From a virus (Duplodnaviria > Caudoviricetes), in IMG/VR virus record IMGVR_UViG_642918906_000001, positions 1 to 64,000 of that record: 64,000 bases of DNA; one strand, given 5' to 3'. This document shows, one piece after another, positions 40,386 through 50,353 of the stretch. The translations under genes were made by a program, and so were the position numbers. Below the pieces are notes generated by a model, which worked only from the letters and a program-made list of their open reading frames with translations, had not been told where the DNA came from and did not search any database. Position 1 is the first letter of the stretch, and each line of letters begins with the position of its first letter.

Positions 40386-40788
40386 TGATCGTAATATGAT
40401 TGATTACATCATCCGTGAATATGGCCCAGCTTTACAATACGCATTAAGTATGTTTAACGGTGACGCTGAGTTTAATATCCGAGCTCATTATCAGGATGCC
40501 TACTTTAAAGCTATCTTGATGACTGGTAATGATTTCCACAGTGACTCGGCTAATCAAACTAAGTTGTTCCGTAGACGACTAGTAGATGAAGATGGTAATG
40601 TGCATTCAACTAAAGGACGGTATGATGAATTGGTGGATGCATGTATCTTACATTTCAACAGCCAGATCATGGCAGTCCTTAGAGGTGTTCAGGAGCAAGC
40701 ACGACAAATTTATACTGTGGATGTTGTAGGTTATGAGAATAGAACCCTTAAGATCATACTTAAAACAGATGGAGCAATCCAACCATGA
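40327..40788 (+). CDS. hypothetical protein
   Basis: operon packing. Confidence 0.78.
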   Translation: MNTLLTFDSTPFTKHLVKADDRNMIDYIIREYGPALQYALSMFNGDAEFNIRAHYQDAYFKAILMTGNDFHSDSANQTKLFRRRLVDEDGNVHSTKGRYDELVDACILHFNSQIMAVLRGVQEQARQIYTVDVVGYENRTLKIILKTDGAIQP

Positions 40789-41615
40789 GCAATACACGTA
40801 ATATAGGTATGTTGATCCACCATGGTGAACTGGACCACATATTAACCAGTATGTCGGATTCATTGCGTAATGCGGCATACAAGGTAGCGACTGAAATCGC
40901 TCCCAAAGGCAGTCAGAAATACGACGAGTACTTTGATGAGGACGGTACTCTACGCGGGTATGATGTCGATACCAACAAAGCGTTGTTACGAGATTGTCTG
41001 GATCATTACGTTCAGTTTGCTAACTGTACTACCGATCGAACTGACTTCAACTATTATCTAGAGACCAACTTTCAATTAGTCCAGAACTACGTTAACCAAC
41101 GACCAGAGGTTATCTCTTATCTGACTAGCCTATTCGCAACAGCCTGTGGTATTCTTTCGAGCGTGTTGCAACCAGTGATTGAGAATATCTATTCCACTGG
41201 ACAGATGGTTGATAAGATCGAATCTTTCGTAACAGGACCTGAGAATACCTACTATCTTGTGTACGGCGAAGATATCGATAATGTCGAGACCTACGACGCA
41301 AAGGAAGATGACCTCAGTGACGTAGACGTAAGCCAGTCTCCTGAGGAACTCGCACGGCTTAAAGTAATTGAGGAACAACGTCGTCAACAAGAACGAGACG
41401 ATGCCGCTGAAGCTAATTATACAAAAGCGTTGCATGACCTACTGGGTACCAACGACGAAGTATGTGAAGCATTGCACAACAGCAAATACCTTGGTCCCGC
41501 TTCTGCGACATACCGTAAACATCTGTCAAACCCACACAACCTTACTATAGCGGACGCTTCACTCCCTGCTCAGCCGATGGGAGTGAACCTTGTCTGGCAG
41601 GCCCCTGGAATGTAA
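40785..41615 (+). CDS. hypothetical protein, 276 aa
   Basis: ATGA overlap, GGAG RBS. Confidence 0.85.
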   Translation: MSNTRNIGMLIHHGELDHILTSMSDSLRNAAYKVATEIAPKGSQKYDEYFDEDGTLRGYDVDTNKALLRDCLDHYVQFANCTTDRTDFNYYLETNFQLVQNYVNQRPEVISYLTSLFATACGILSSVLQPVIENIYSTGQMVDKIESFVTGPENTYYLVYGEDIDNVETYDAKEDDLSDVDVSQSPEELARLKVIEEQRRQQERDDAAEANYTKALHDLLGTNDEVCEALHNSKYLGPASATYRKHLSNPHNLTIADASLPAQPMGVNLVWQAPGM

Positions 41616-41620
41616 GCCAT

Positions 41621-42007
41621 ATGAACTTTCTAATAACCATGGATGCACAAGAGCATATTGCTCGGATGGCAACCAACTTCCGTCAAAAGCAAGAAGAAGA
41701 ATTAAACCTCCTGAAGGATTCACCGAACCAAGCAACCTATCTGGATATGCTCAGACTAAATGATCGGGGACTCGCATTACGTGGACTTCAAGAATACGTA
41801 TTGTTATTGATCAATGAGTATCATCGAGTTATGGATGATGATGACCTAATTGAGTCTATTGCTGATGGTACCATCGACCCAGACTTAGACGCCGTCATAA
41901 AAACAATCGCTTCGATCGAGGAAGCTGAACCATGGGCACAAGTACTCAGTATAGTACCGCTTGATTTCAATGGTACCATCGGTGCAGTAGTTACCAATAA
42001 GGGATAG
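41621..42007 (+). CDS. acidic hypothetical protein
   Basis: operon packing. Confidence 0.78.
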   Translation: MNFLITMDAQEHIARMATNFRQKQEEELNLLKDSPNQATYLDMLRLNDRGLALRGLQEYVLLLINEYHRVMDDDDLIESIADGTIDPDLDAVIKTIASIEEAEPWAQVLSIVPLDFNGTIGAVVTNKG

Positions 42008-42048
42008 TTTCCTAAAGATATGTATCCCTTAACTAATGGTAACGCTAC

Positions 42049-42453
42049 ATGGACATTCAAGAAATCCCACCTGGGACAGTAATCTCATTCGAGGTATATC
42101 CATCTTCTCAATACGGAAACAACTTTCAGTCGGTGACTCTGTTAGGTATGTTCAATGCGGCAATTGCCCGCAAGTTAGGCTTTGACTACATTGCCGCTAA
42201 CCAGAGCGTATACCAAACACTTCCATCGGGTACCCCAATTGATCCGACCCAATATAACTATTTCCAGATTCAATACCCGTCTGGGGAAACTGAGATTTTG
42301 GGAGCACCATGGATTCGTGCTGGTACGCTAACCATTAACTCCGGTAAGCGCCTAACTGTAGTTATCGACAACATCGATGAAACAGTCAAGGATCGAGTCA
42401 TTGCAGCCATTCTCGCACAGAACGTTAAACCAAGCTCGACTACATTTGTATGA
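42049..42453 (+). CDS. conserved hypothetical protein upstream of DNA polymerase
   Basis: 134 aa followed by terminator. Confidence 0.8.
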   Translation: MDIQEIPPGTVISFEVYPSSQYGNNFQSVTLLGMFNAAIARKLGFDYIAANQSVYQTLPSGTPIDPTQYNYFQIQYPSGETEILGAPWIRAGTLTINSGKRLTVVIDNIDETVKDRVIAAILAQNVKPSSTTFV

Positions 42454-42459
42454 CTAGAT

Positions 42460-42499
42460 GCCTCTCCTTCGGGAGAGGCTCTATGTCGTTTTTTATTTT
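42460..42499 (+). terminator. intrinsic terminator
   Basis: GCCTCTCC-TTCG-GGAGAGGC, CTATG, T tract. Confidence 0.88.
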
Positions 42500-42505
42500 G
42501 TACAT

Positions 42506-42538
42506 TAGAACGTTTCTAAAGCCTATATTACTTTGGTG
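42506..42538 (+). promoter_or_regulatory. early promoter
   Basis: TAGA(42506)-N14-TATATTAC(42524)-N4-GTG. Confidence 0.85.
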
Positions 42539-42580
42539 TAGTTGAGGTAGAAAATCCCTTCAATCTGTAGGAGTGATACC

Positions 42581-42904
42581 ATGCTTGTTAACAACTATCA
42601 AATCGGTGCTGCACTTACCGGCGTAGCCGCTCTGTCGAGTATCACCACGTATCTGTTCTTTCGGAACAAGGACACTGAGCCTAAGCCGAAGTTCAGACGT
42701 GCGGATATTCGTGCCTTCAAAGGTACGATGACCGAGCGCTACAAACAACTCGATCTGGTTGAGCTCGAAGCAACCAAACGTCAAATCCTGGTTCAGGGTA
42801 CCCACGATACCATCGATCGTGATATCCACCAGTTGTTTGACGAGGTCGATATTCCCGACCTGATCGAACACAACAATAAGCTGTTTTCGAAACACAGTCA
42901 CTAA
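42581..42904 (+). CDS. N-terminally membrane-anchored early protein (monocistronic)
   Basis: AGGAG RBS; IGAALTGVAALSSITTYLFF; own promoter and terminator. Confidence 0.8.
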   Translation: MLVNNYQIGAALTGVAALSSITTYLFFRNKDTEPKPKFRRADIRAFKGTMTERYKQLDLVELEATKRQILVQGTHDTIDRDIHQLFDEVDIPDLIEHNNKLFSKHSH

Positions 42905-42918
42905 AACGTTAAAATTAT

Positions 42919-42958
42919 GGGGTACCTTCGGGTACCCCTTTTTTACCTTTTCTTTTTT
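42919..42958 (+). terminator. intrinsic terminator
   Basis: GGGGTACC-TTCG-GGTACCCC then T6. Confidence 0.9.
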
Positions 42959-42997
42959 ATACTCGCCTCCCTTTAGTATGTATACTGGGAGACACAC

Positions 42998-45145
42998 ATG
43001 GAACAAACTAACCTTAAACCGAATCCGTTTTACCAAGATATTTCTGAATACACTCGTGAACTTGAGATCATTGACCCGATGCAACGCGACGCTGCCTTGT
43101 ATCTGGCAGCTATGACTGGTGATGACCTAGATAAATGCCTAGCATTCGTACAGGCTGAAACCAGCACTGGCGGACAGTTTGAGCTGACCGATCCAAAGAC
43201 CATGATTCTGGATAAGAACCGTCATGGTGACCGTGAGAAAAAGGTTGTAAAGTTTAGTCAGTACCTTGGACGTATCAAACAACATAAACTGTTGTTGTCT
43301 CCATCGATGACTGTATACATGCCTGAAGATGCTCGTCAGTCCACACACGCTAAATACATTGAAGAAGGCGTAGCTAACCGTAAACGAGTTAAGAAAGAAC
43401 AACTCCGGTTAGAAGGTGAAGGTACTGTTGAAGCAACCGAACTTGCCGCTGTCCGAAAGGGTGAACAAGAGAACTTCAAAATTAACAATAACTCCTACTC
43501 TGGAGCTACCGTTAGTCAGGCCACTATTCTTTATTACAAATCAACTCACTCGAGTTTGACCTCTACTTGCCGTACTGCAACCTCGTATGCCAACGCTAAC
43601 AACGAGAAGTTCATTATGGGTAACCGTCACTACTACGCGCTAGAAGTGACGAAAGCTAATATGCTCAGTATCGCTAACATTACTGACTTGAAGCTATTGA
43701 AAGAATGCATGGACCGTTTCAACATGCATTACCCAACTGCTGACGAAATTGTTGACATGGTTGTTTATTCGACTACTCACTATTTCCCTGCCGATATGGA
43801 TCAGATCCGCAAGTTGGCTGAAGGACTGGGTCCATTGAAACGTGCAGCGATTATGTACGTTGGTGATCTGTACCACACCTACAAACATAACCCTGAGTTG
43901 GTTCGTGGATTCTTGACTGAACTAAGTTCGTTGGGTACTCCTGATCAAATCGTTTCGAAAGAGACCTATGGTACTTACGATAGTGACATGCAACTATTGG
44001 CCAGCTTTATCTGTTTCGAATCTATTAAAGGTCGTAACAATGAAAAGCTCGCTGAGGAATCCCCAGAAGTATTTGATCTGATCTATGCCACGGGTAACAA
44101 CATCTCGCAAGTACTGAATAAGTACCTGTTGTTTATCAAGGCACTGTTCCTGACCAAGAACGTACCATCGAGTATCCATGCATTCCCTACAGCTTATCGT
44201 CGAGCAGCCGTGATCTCCGACACAGACTCGACTATGTTCACCATGCAGTACTGGGTTGAGGAATTCTTTGGTCGTATCTGCTTTACTCCTGAAGCTAAAC
44301 GGCTAGTGTTCGCATTGGTGTTCTTGGTATCTGAAGTAGTGATGCACATTCTAGCATTGCAGTCTACAGCAATGGGTGTAGCTGAGAAGAAGCTTCGTTT
44401 GCTGGCCATGAAGAACGAATACTACTTTGCCGTACTGAGCCTGACCACACGTTCGAAACATTACTATGCTTCGCAAGATGCATTGGAAGGTGTAATGTTC
44501 AACAAAGCGCGTATGGAGGTTAAGGGTGTAGGTCTTCGAGATTCTAAAGTACCACCTAGAATCAACAAAGCAGCTAAGAAAATGATGGACCACATCATCA
44601 CCCAGATCAAAGCGGAACAACCACTGGATCTACCTGCACTGCTTAAACAGATTGGTGACATTGAGCGTGACATCATCGAGTCGATCTTCAGCGGTAAAGC
44701 TGAATACTTGACTACGGGTAAAGTAAAACAACTGAACGCGTATAAGACTGAGTCTAACGCTACTTACGCTAAGTACAAGTTCTGGAAAGAAGTCTTTGAA
44801 CCTTCGTTCGGTTTCTTGGAAGCTCCACCTTATTCGTTTGTTAAGATCTCTGTGACCATTAACAACCGTACTCGTTTTGAGGCATGGGTTGATTCCATTG
44901 AAGATAAAGGCTTAGCGATGCGTTTGAAGAAATGGGCCTTGGACAACAACAAGAAAGGCATCACAAACTTCCACGTACCAATGTCTGTTGTTGAGAACCA
45001 CGGTATTCCAGAAGTAATCACTCGTGTAGCAAACGTGCGCACGGTAATCGCTAACACAATGGGTGCATTCTATTTGCTGATGGAATCCTTGGGGATCATG
45101 TTGATCGATAAGAAGAACACCCGTCTGATTTCAGACTTCTATTAA
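42998..45145 (+). CDS. family B DNA polymerase, catalytic subunit (phiKZ gp50-like, split enzyme)
   Basis: motif B KINNNSYSG, motif C ISDTDS, SKHYYA, EVKGVGL; no N-terminal exonuclease domain. Confidence 0.88.
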   Translation: MEQTNLKPNPFYQDISEYTRELEIIDPMQRDAALYLAAMTGDDLDKCLAFVQAETSTGGQFELTDPKTMILDKNRHGDREKKVVKFSQYLGRIKQHKLLLSPSMTVYMPEDARQSTHAKYIEEGVANRKRVKKEQLRLEGEGTVEATELAAVRKGEQENFKINNNSYSGATVSQATILYYKSTHSSLTSTCRTATSYANANNEKFIMGNRHYYALEVTKANMLSIANITDLKLLKECMDRFNMHYPTADEIVDMVVYSTTHYFPADMDQIRKLAEGLGPLKRAAIMYVGDLYHTYKHNPELVRGFLTELSSLGTPDQIVSKETYGTYDSDMQLLASFICFESIKGRNNEKLAEESPEVFDLIYATGNNISQVLNKYLLFIKALFLTKNVPSSIHAFPTAYRRAAVISDTDSTMFTMQYWVEEFFGRICFTPEAKRLVFALVFLVSEVVMHILALQSTAMGVAEKKLRLLAMKNEYYFAVLSLTTRSKHYYASQDALEGVMFNKARMEVKGVGLRDSKVPPRINKAAKKMMDHIITQIKAEQPLDLPALLKQIGDIERDIIESIFSGKAEYLTTGKVKQLNAYKTESNATYAKYKFWKEVFEPSFGFLEAPPYSFVKISVTINNRTRFEAWVDSIEDKGLAMRLKKWALDNNKKGITNFHVPMSVVENHGIPEVITRVANVRTVIANTMGAFYLLMESLGIMLIDKKNTRLISDFY

Positions 45146-45164
45146 TTTAAGTCGAGGTACTATT

Positions 45165-45542
45165 ATGTCATACGAAGAAGAACTAGACCTTAAGATCGCT
45201 AAGTATTGCGATCCATACTACACGTTTGATTACATTACCCGTGATGAGATCGAACTGCTTAAGATCAAAGTAAAGAGCTATTTCCTGAATAATAAGCAAG
45301 ACCTTTTAGACATCCGTGTTGTAGGTAAGGTAAATGACTACCTAGCCGAATGCACGATTAGTCCATCTTACAGCAGTACTGCATTTAAGGTGACCGAGCT
45401 AGATGGTAAGTTTACGGTAAACGTAACTATCGACCCGCATGATCCAGATCCAGAGACTACCTTAAACTTCATCGCCAGTGAATTCAATCGAATGCAGCCA
45501 GACGTTGAAATCAAAGTGGTGCCCGCCGATGAAGACATTTGA
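45165..45542 (+). CDS. hypothetical protein
   Basis: GAGGT RBS. Confidence 0.8.
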   Translation: MSYEEELDLKIAKYCDPYYTFDYITRDEIELLKIKVKSYFLNNKQDLLDIRVVGKVNDYLAECTISPSYSSTAFKVTELDGKFTVNVTIDPHDPDPETTLNFIASEFNRMQPDVEIKVVPADEDI

Positions 45543-45741
45543 AGAACAAATCAATGATCTGATTGAAGGCATCAAGATCGGCTATGGCAGTGATGATACC
45601 CATTGGGGTTCTATTGAGGCCACTGTAAGAGTTTTGGAATTCGTTCGTACATTGGGACCTGACCTAGTTGGCCTGAGTGAAGAAGATTTCGAAGGTTTAA
45701 TACTAAAAGCAATTAAGGGTGATATCAATGAAAACCTTTGA
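45529..45741 (+). CDS. small acidic protein, MKTFEE paralog
   Basis: start moved to ATG 45529. Confidence 0.75.
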   Translation: MKTFEEQINDLIEGIKIGYGSDDTHWGSIEATVRVLEFVRTLGPDLVGLSEEDFEGLILKAIKGDINENL

Positions 45742-45919
45742 AGAAGATATCGACAAACTATGTGACCAGCTTGACGACTGTATCAGTGGTGTGGGTATTA
45801 ACATGGAGGCGATCGCCAAAACCGTTCGTCTCCTAGAATACCTACGTAATGAAGCCGTTAACCTCGAGTACACATCTGAAGCAAACATCCAAGCTTTGCT
45901 TCATGAGGTCATCAGTTAA
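45728..45919 (+). CDS. small acidic protein, MKTFEE paralog
   Basis: start moved to ATG 45728 (AAGGGTG RBS). Confidence 0.75.
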   Translation: MKTFEEDIDKLCDQLDDCISGVGINMEAIAKTVRLLEYLRNEAVNLEYTSEANIQALLHEVIS

Positions 45920-45952
45920 TAGAATCGGTTTCAAGTTTATATCATGATTGGG
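45920..45952 (+). promoter_or_regulatory. variant early promoter
   Basis: TAGA(45920)-N14-TATATCAT(45938)-N4-GGG. Confidence 0.65.
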
Positions 45953-45975
45953 ATATCAACCAAAGGTACCCAATC

Positions 45976-46191
45976 ATGATTACTGTAATGTTTAAGCTGC
46001 CTGATGGTCCACCGACTACTGTGGTTGTAGCTGATCACGATGATCTGTTGGAACTGTGCCATGTACTCGAAGATGCACATGTAGTACAGTCGTACACCAT
46101 CAGTGAACCGCAGCGAGTTATACACACCGTTGAAGTATATGGCTGGCGAGACCACAGTTTCCCTAAATTCAAATACGAACTGGAATTCTGA
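45976..46191 (+). CDS. hypothetical protein
   Basis: AAGGT RBS; resembles 52263. Confidence 0.75.
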   Translation: MITVMFKLPDGPPTTVVVADHDDLLELCHVLEDAHVVQSYTISEPQRVIHTVEVYGWRDHSFPKFKYELEF

Positions 46192-46193
46192 AC

Positions 46194-47978
46194 ATGAGTA
46201 CCGTAATCCCGAAAGATCTAACTGGACTTGTAAAGCATCCAACTAAACTAGATTGTTGGATTCCAGGTGAAGCCAGAAACGGTAAAAATCTCTGTATGGA
46301 AATTCCACTCGGTAAGAATATGGAATGCACTCTAGGTAAACCGGATCTTTCCAAGCTGACTCATAACCACCTGACCCAGATCCAGATGGAACTCTGGAAC
46401 AATCGTGGTGGTGGTCCAGAAGGTAAGATCATTAACTCGTTCTACGCAGGGGCCACTCCTGAGCAACTGATGTCGAGTGAAGAAGTACAGGACCATACTG
46501 ATGATCTCATCCATTATCTGGGTGATGCAAAGAGGGCGTCCGATTACATCGACCAACTCTTGCGTGATGTACGACACCACATCGTCGAAAAAGACATCAT
46601 GCCTTACGAGATGCCAGCTAACAATAAGTCGACCATGGAAGTATTCAATGAGATTTCGCTGGATTGGAAAACTCAGATCTATAACAATGTAGTCAAACGC
46701 TTCGGTGGTGAACCTTCGACTTACCTTCAGGGTATCACGAAAGACACCAATCTCCCAGAGATGGCGGTTGAAGAGTTTGCCAACGTCGTTATAAAAGAAC
46801 ATGACAACGACCCAAAGGTAGCTGCTGAGATACTGAAGGCGGCTATCACAGAACACATTACGATGATGTCGTCTGTAATGATTAATAACGCACTTAAAGA
46901 AAAAGGTCTGATGGGCCAAATCACCAAGGTAACGGATAACATGATCGAACAAGTAAACGCTAAAACTGAACTTAACGAACAAATCAAAGCAACTCTGGAT
47001 GATATCAGTCAGGTTACTATTGACTCCACTAAACATAAAGAAGTGGCTCCAACCGAAGATCAATTCCATAACCCTAAGCACGTCAAGTTCGACGACAAGG
47101 GTAACGTGATTCGTAAGAAGAAAGGTAAGCGTAAATCCCAACACATCCCTAACATGAAAAACAAATCTGTTAAGCGTGCTCTGGGTGCTTCGATCCTTCA
47201 CATGCTAGGCGATGTTCAACGTAAGACTCAGGATGCCAACAAGCGTGAACTGCTGAAAGCTCTGCCATTGGCTGACGTAGTTGAAATGGCAACTGGCGAT
47301 AAGCTGCCAGATTACCAAGCCAACCTGCTGAACGCTATGCAGGCTAAGGCTGATCCAACTGCTCCGATCGTTGAACGCATGGCCAAAACCAGCGAACCTG
47401 ATCCATACGAAAAGCTCCTTGATGAAACCGTCTCTAAGTATATCTCACGAGATCTACTACCTGCTGAAATCAGTGACGAACAAGCTATTGAAATAATCGC
47501 TTCCGTTAAAAAATCATTCCTAGATAATCATAAATTGCCAACTCCTGAAAGTATCTGGATTGCCGATGGTATTGTGCATAGCGATTTCAGTAAAGGTACC
47601 GATTATATTCCAGTTAGTGTTGACTTCACTGGTGAAAAGGTACGCGATCTATACGTGAATGTTGAAGATCAAAAGTACTTCTTGCATTACGAGTGGTTCA
47701 CTGAATACGCAGCTGACCATATGGGTACCACTATCGCATTCATTCAAGATCGATTGGATGTTAAATATTGGGATGGCCTAAAGGCCGCGGTTATCGAATC
47801 GGTAACTGACCTTTACCCTAGCTGGAAAGCTGAGTTTACTAACGAAGAAATCCATTCCCTGATCTATAAAGTCGTTACCGGCTACACCGTAGGTTTTGTT
47901 CAAGGTCTGGTTGATACCGAGCATAAACTGCGTGCCAGCATTAATGCAGAAACTGTAACTGCTGCTGATCTCGGCTAA
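46194..47978 (+). CDS. hypothetical protein, 594 aa, helical with central basic patch
   Basis: long ORF; IRKKKGKRK segment. Confidence 0.88.
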   Translation: MSTVIPKDLTGLVKHPTKLDCWIPGEARNGKNLCMEIPLGKNMECTLGKPDLSKLTHNHLTQIQMELWNNRGGGPEGKIINSFYAGATPEQLMSSEEVQDHTDDLIHYLGDAKRASDYIDQLLRDVRHHIVEKDIMPYEMPANNKSTMEVFNEISLDWKTQIYNNVVKRFGGEPSTYLQGITKDTNLPEMAVEEFANVVIKEHDNDPKVAAEILKAAITEHITMMSSVMINNALKEKGLMGQITKVTDNMIEQVNAKTELNEQIKATLDDISQVTIDSTKHKEVAPTEDQFHNPKHVKFDDKGNVIRKKKGKRKSQHIPNMKNKSVKRALGASILHMLGDVQRKTQDANKRELLKALPLADVVEMATGDKLPDYQANLLNAMQAKADPTAPIVERMAKTSEPDPYEKLLDETVSKYISRDLLPAEISDEQAIEIIASVKKSFLDNHKLPTPESIWIADGIVHSDFSKGTDYIPVSVDFTGEKVRDLYVNVEDQKYFLHYEWFTEYAADHMGTTIAFIQDRLDVKYWDGLKAAVIESVTDLYPSWKAEFTNEEIHSLIYKVVTGYTVGFVQGLVDTEHKLRASINAETVTAADLG

Positions 47979-47983
47979 TTATA

Positions 47984-48010
47984 GTCCCCTCCTTCGGGAG
48001 GGGCTTTATT
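47984..48010 (+). terminator. hairpin terminator
   Basis: CCCCTCC-TTCG-GGAGGGG then CTTTATT. Confidence 0.85.
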
Positions 48011-48025
48011 CCGCAAAGGTGTCCT

Positions 48026-48466
48026 ATGGAACAACGTTCAATTCGCAGCCTTATCGCTAACCTGAAGCGTCACTATAACCTGATGGGTGAAGAGATCCTT
48101 GCCTGTTACGACACAGCTGTAAATGGCTTGTGGAGTCTTACAGAGGTTAAGTATCCGACCGTTTCGGTAAGTCCATCTAACTGGAAGAAGCTTGCTGATA
48201 AACTGGATCTCGATGCACAGGTAAAACATCCGGGTAGTAACGTACCATGCCTGTTGTTGTTTAACGGGCTCTACGTTCGGTCAGAAGCCCGTGTAGCCGA
48301 TTGCCATGTACTCTGGGTATCGACTCTGGGTTGTTATTGCCCGACCTCTCAGTACCTTGTGGACAGTATGCAACGAGTGGTAATGTCATCTAAGTCTACC
48401 AAGAAACAAATCGAGTATGCCAACAGGGTGCTCAATGCGATTAACAAACGTTTGGAGAAAGTATGA
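48026..48466 (+). CDS. hypothetical protein
   Basis: AAGGTG RBS. Confidence 0.8.
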   Translation: MEQRSIRSLIANLKRHYNLMGEEILACYDTAVNGLWSLTEVKYPTVSVSPSNWKKLADKLDLDAQVKHPGSNVPCLLLFNGLYVRSEARVADCHVLWVSTLGCYCPTSQYLVDSMQRVVMSSKSTKKQIEYANRVLNAINKRLEKV

Positions 48467-48765
48467 CACAGTTATCTATCTGGCGTCTTAGTCTCAAGTC
48501 TTTGGTGAATGGTGGAAGGCGTGGTGGTATACACGTGATCGTCGTGGTCGCTGAAAATGAAGCAGTGGCACGTACCCTGGCTTCGGAGTGCTCCACGAGT
48601 GACCACGGTCATCATCAGATACTCCAACAATACCTCGATCCAGCGAAGACCCACTGTAAGTTAATCGGCTACGCTTTACCTGAATCAGCTGAAGGTGTGA
48701 TGGCAGTCGATTACGACTATGATTATGACCACGTTAAATACACATGGGTGAAGGATGATAATTAA
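48463..48765 (+). CDS. hypothetical protein, IGxD-array family
   Basis: VVVAENEAVA...KLIGY. Confidence 0.78.
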   Translation: MTQLSIWRLSLKSLVNGGRRGGIHVIVVVAENEAVARTLASECSTSDHGHHQILQQYLDPAKTHCKLIGYALPESAEGVMAVDYDYDYDHVKYTWVKDDN

Positions 48766-48956
48766 TGACTAAACCATTTTGTGAGTTCCTACAGGAAGCT
48801 ACCAACCAACGTAAAACAGCTAAGGCTATTATTAAGGATACAATCACTCCAGAAGAACTCGATGCGATCCAGCGTCGCGCTAACTTCGAACAAACATACA
48901 TGGTTAACATTAACTACGGTCGTATGGGGAGTAAAGACAATGCACCTGCACGCTAA
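48765..48956 (+). CDS. hypothetical protein
   Basis: TAATG coupling. Confidence 0.68.
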   Translation: MTKPFCEFLQEATNQRKTAKAIIKDTITPEELDAIQRRANFEQTYMVNINYGRMGSKDNAPAR

Positions 48957-49110
48957 CGAGCTGAATACCATTCGTGGTAACCTACGTGACTTCGTTGTCC
49001 GTAATAAAATCACATTCATTCTACCTAAGGCGACACCTCTACCTGAGGGTGAAACTAACAGCGCGAAGATTCGTGTGATTGATTACATCAGCTTACTGGA
49101 TAAACGCTAA
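48940..49110 (+). CDS. hypothetical protein
   Basis: start moved to ATG 48940 (GGGGAG RBS). Confidence 0.65.
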   Translation: MHLHANELNTIRGNLRDFVVRNKITFILPKATPLPEGETNSAKIRVIDYISLLDKR

Positions 49111-49475
49111 TGTGGAATAAACCTCTGGAAGTTTCGGATCAACCTAAACCAGAACCGGCTCCTTATACTCCTCCAGAACGTAAGGTATTAAAGCCGGAAG
49201 ATACATCGATCACCTTTATTCGTAATGAACGCAAGGATATCGACTACTCCGGGTACCGTGCGTATCTGTTCCACTTCGCTCATCGTACCGAGGTAGGTGA
49301 TAAAGAAATTTATCACGCTATTATCTCAGCAGCTACTATGGATGAAGCTATTGCTATCTTCGTAGCTGACTGCGTACGTGACGAAGAGTCTTATGTTGAC
49401 GCCATCTACGAAGTTGAAATTATCGGTATCGATCTCAAAACAGATCGTGATTCCCATTGGGTAATGGAGGTTTAA
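49110..49475 (+). CDS. hypothetical protein, IGxD-array family
   Basis: IISAATMDEA...EIIGID. Confidence 0.8.
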   Translation: MWNKPLEVSDQPKPEPAPYTPPERKVLKPEDTSITFIRNERKDIDYSGYRAYLFHFAHRTEVGDKEIYHAIISAATMDEAIAIFVADCVRDEESYVDAIYEVEIIGIDLKTDRDSHWVMEV

Positions 49476-49825
49476 TGAACATCGTAATGACCTGTGAAAA
49501 AGAATTCCATCCAGGTGTAATGATCGACCGTCAAGTCGAGTTGGATGAAACCCTTAAGGTCGTGGGCGCTGGCGGCAACTATATCTGGCAAGTTGAAGCC
49601 GATCTGATTGACGACAGTGAATACGATAACGGTTTCCAATACGACACGTACGTCGGCTTCGTTATTGCGGCCCCTGATCCTGCTACCGTTTGGAAGCTTA
49701 TGTCGGAGCGGACTAACTTGGGTGATTGCGATTATGACAATTACAAATGGAAAATGCGTGTAATCGGTATTGACATTACTGGTGATGGTAAACGTATCAT
49801 CCAATCGGATCGTAAGGTGGGGTAA
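49475..49825 (+). CDS. hypothetical protein, IGxD-array family
   Basis: start moved to ATG 49475 (GGAGG); VIAAPDPATV...RVIGID. Confidence 0.8.
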   Translation: MNIVMTCEKEFHPGVMIDRQVELDETLKVVGAGGNYIWQVEADLIDDSEYDNGFQYDTYVGFVIAAPDPATVWKLMSERTNLGDCDYDNYKWKMRVIGIDITGDGKRIIQSDRKVG

Positions 49826-49828
49826 GTT

Positions 49829-50002
49829 ATGAGCAGTGAAGTACAGGGTAGTTTGTGGGAGATCTATCAGGATATCGGTCGTAGCGACGCTAGCAAAGAA
49901 ATGACCGATACTCAAAAAGTACAGTTGGTTAAAGATCTTCGTGATACTGCGGATAAACTGGAAGCTAGCATATTGAAGGACAAAGGGGAAAATCATGGAT
50001 AA
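49829..50002 (+). CDS. 57-aa hypothetical protein (not in ORF track)
   Basis: MSSEVQGSLWEIYQD...; fills gap. Confidence 0.65.
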   Translation: MSSEVQGSLWEIYQDIGRSDASKEMTDTQKVQLVKDLRDTADKLEASILKDKGENHG

Positions 50003-50330
50003 TGAATACATGATTCGTGGCGGGGATATGGTCCACATTAGTCAAGTTGGATCGACCCCGTCATTTAATAAAGACGGCCTCTCAATGCTTTGGCACATTA
50101 AAAACGTTGAGCCTTCTACCGATGAATATGATGACGATTATGGTTTTGTACCAACTGGTCGTGATAAAGTTTTCATTGTATCGGCAGAGACGTATAATGC
50201 AGCTGTCCAACTACATTTGAGTAATATGGGTATGGAACATCATGAATACGCTGGTAGTCAGTGGACCATTGAATACATTGGTATTGATCAACGCGATGAT
50301 CAAACCAGTAAGTTCATTCTCTGTGCATGA
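49995..50330 (+). CDS. hypothetical protein, IGxD-array family
   Basis: IVSAETYNAA...EYIGID. Confidence 0.8.
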   Translation: MDNEYMIRGGDMVHISQVGSTPSFNKDGLSMLWHIKNVEPSTDEYDDDYGFVPTGRDKVFIVSAETYNAAVQLHLSNMGMEHHEYAGSQWTIEYIGIDQRDDQTSKFILCA

Positions 50331-50353
50331 CTAATTAACCATTGGAGAAACAA

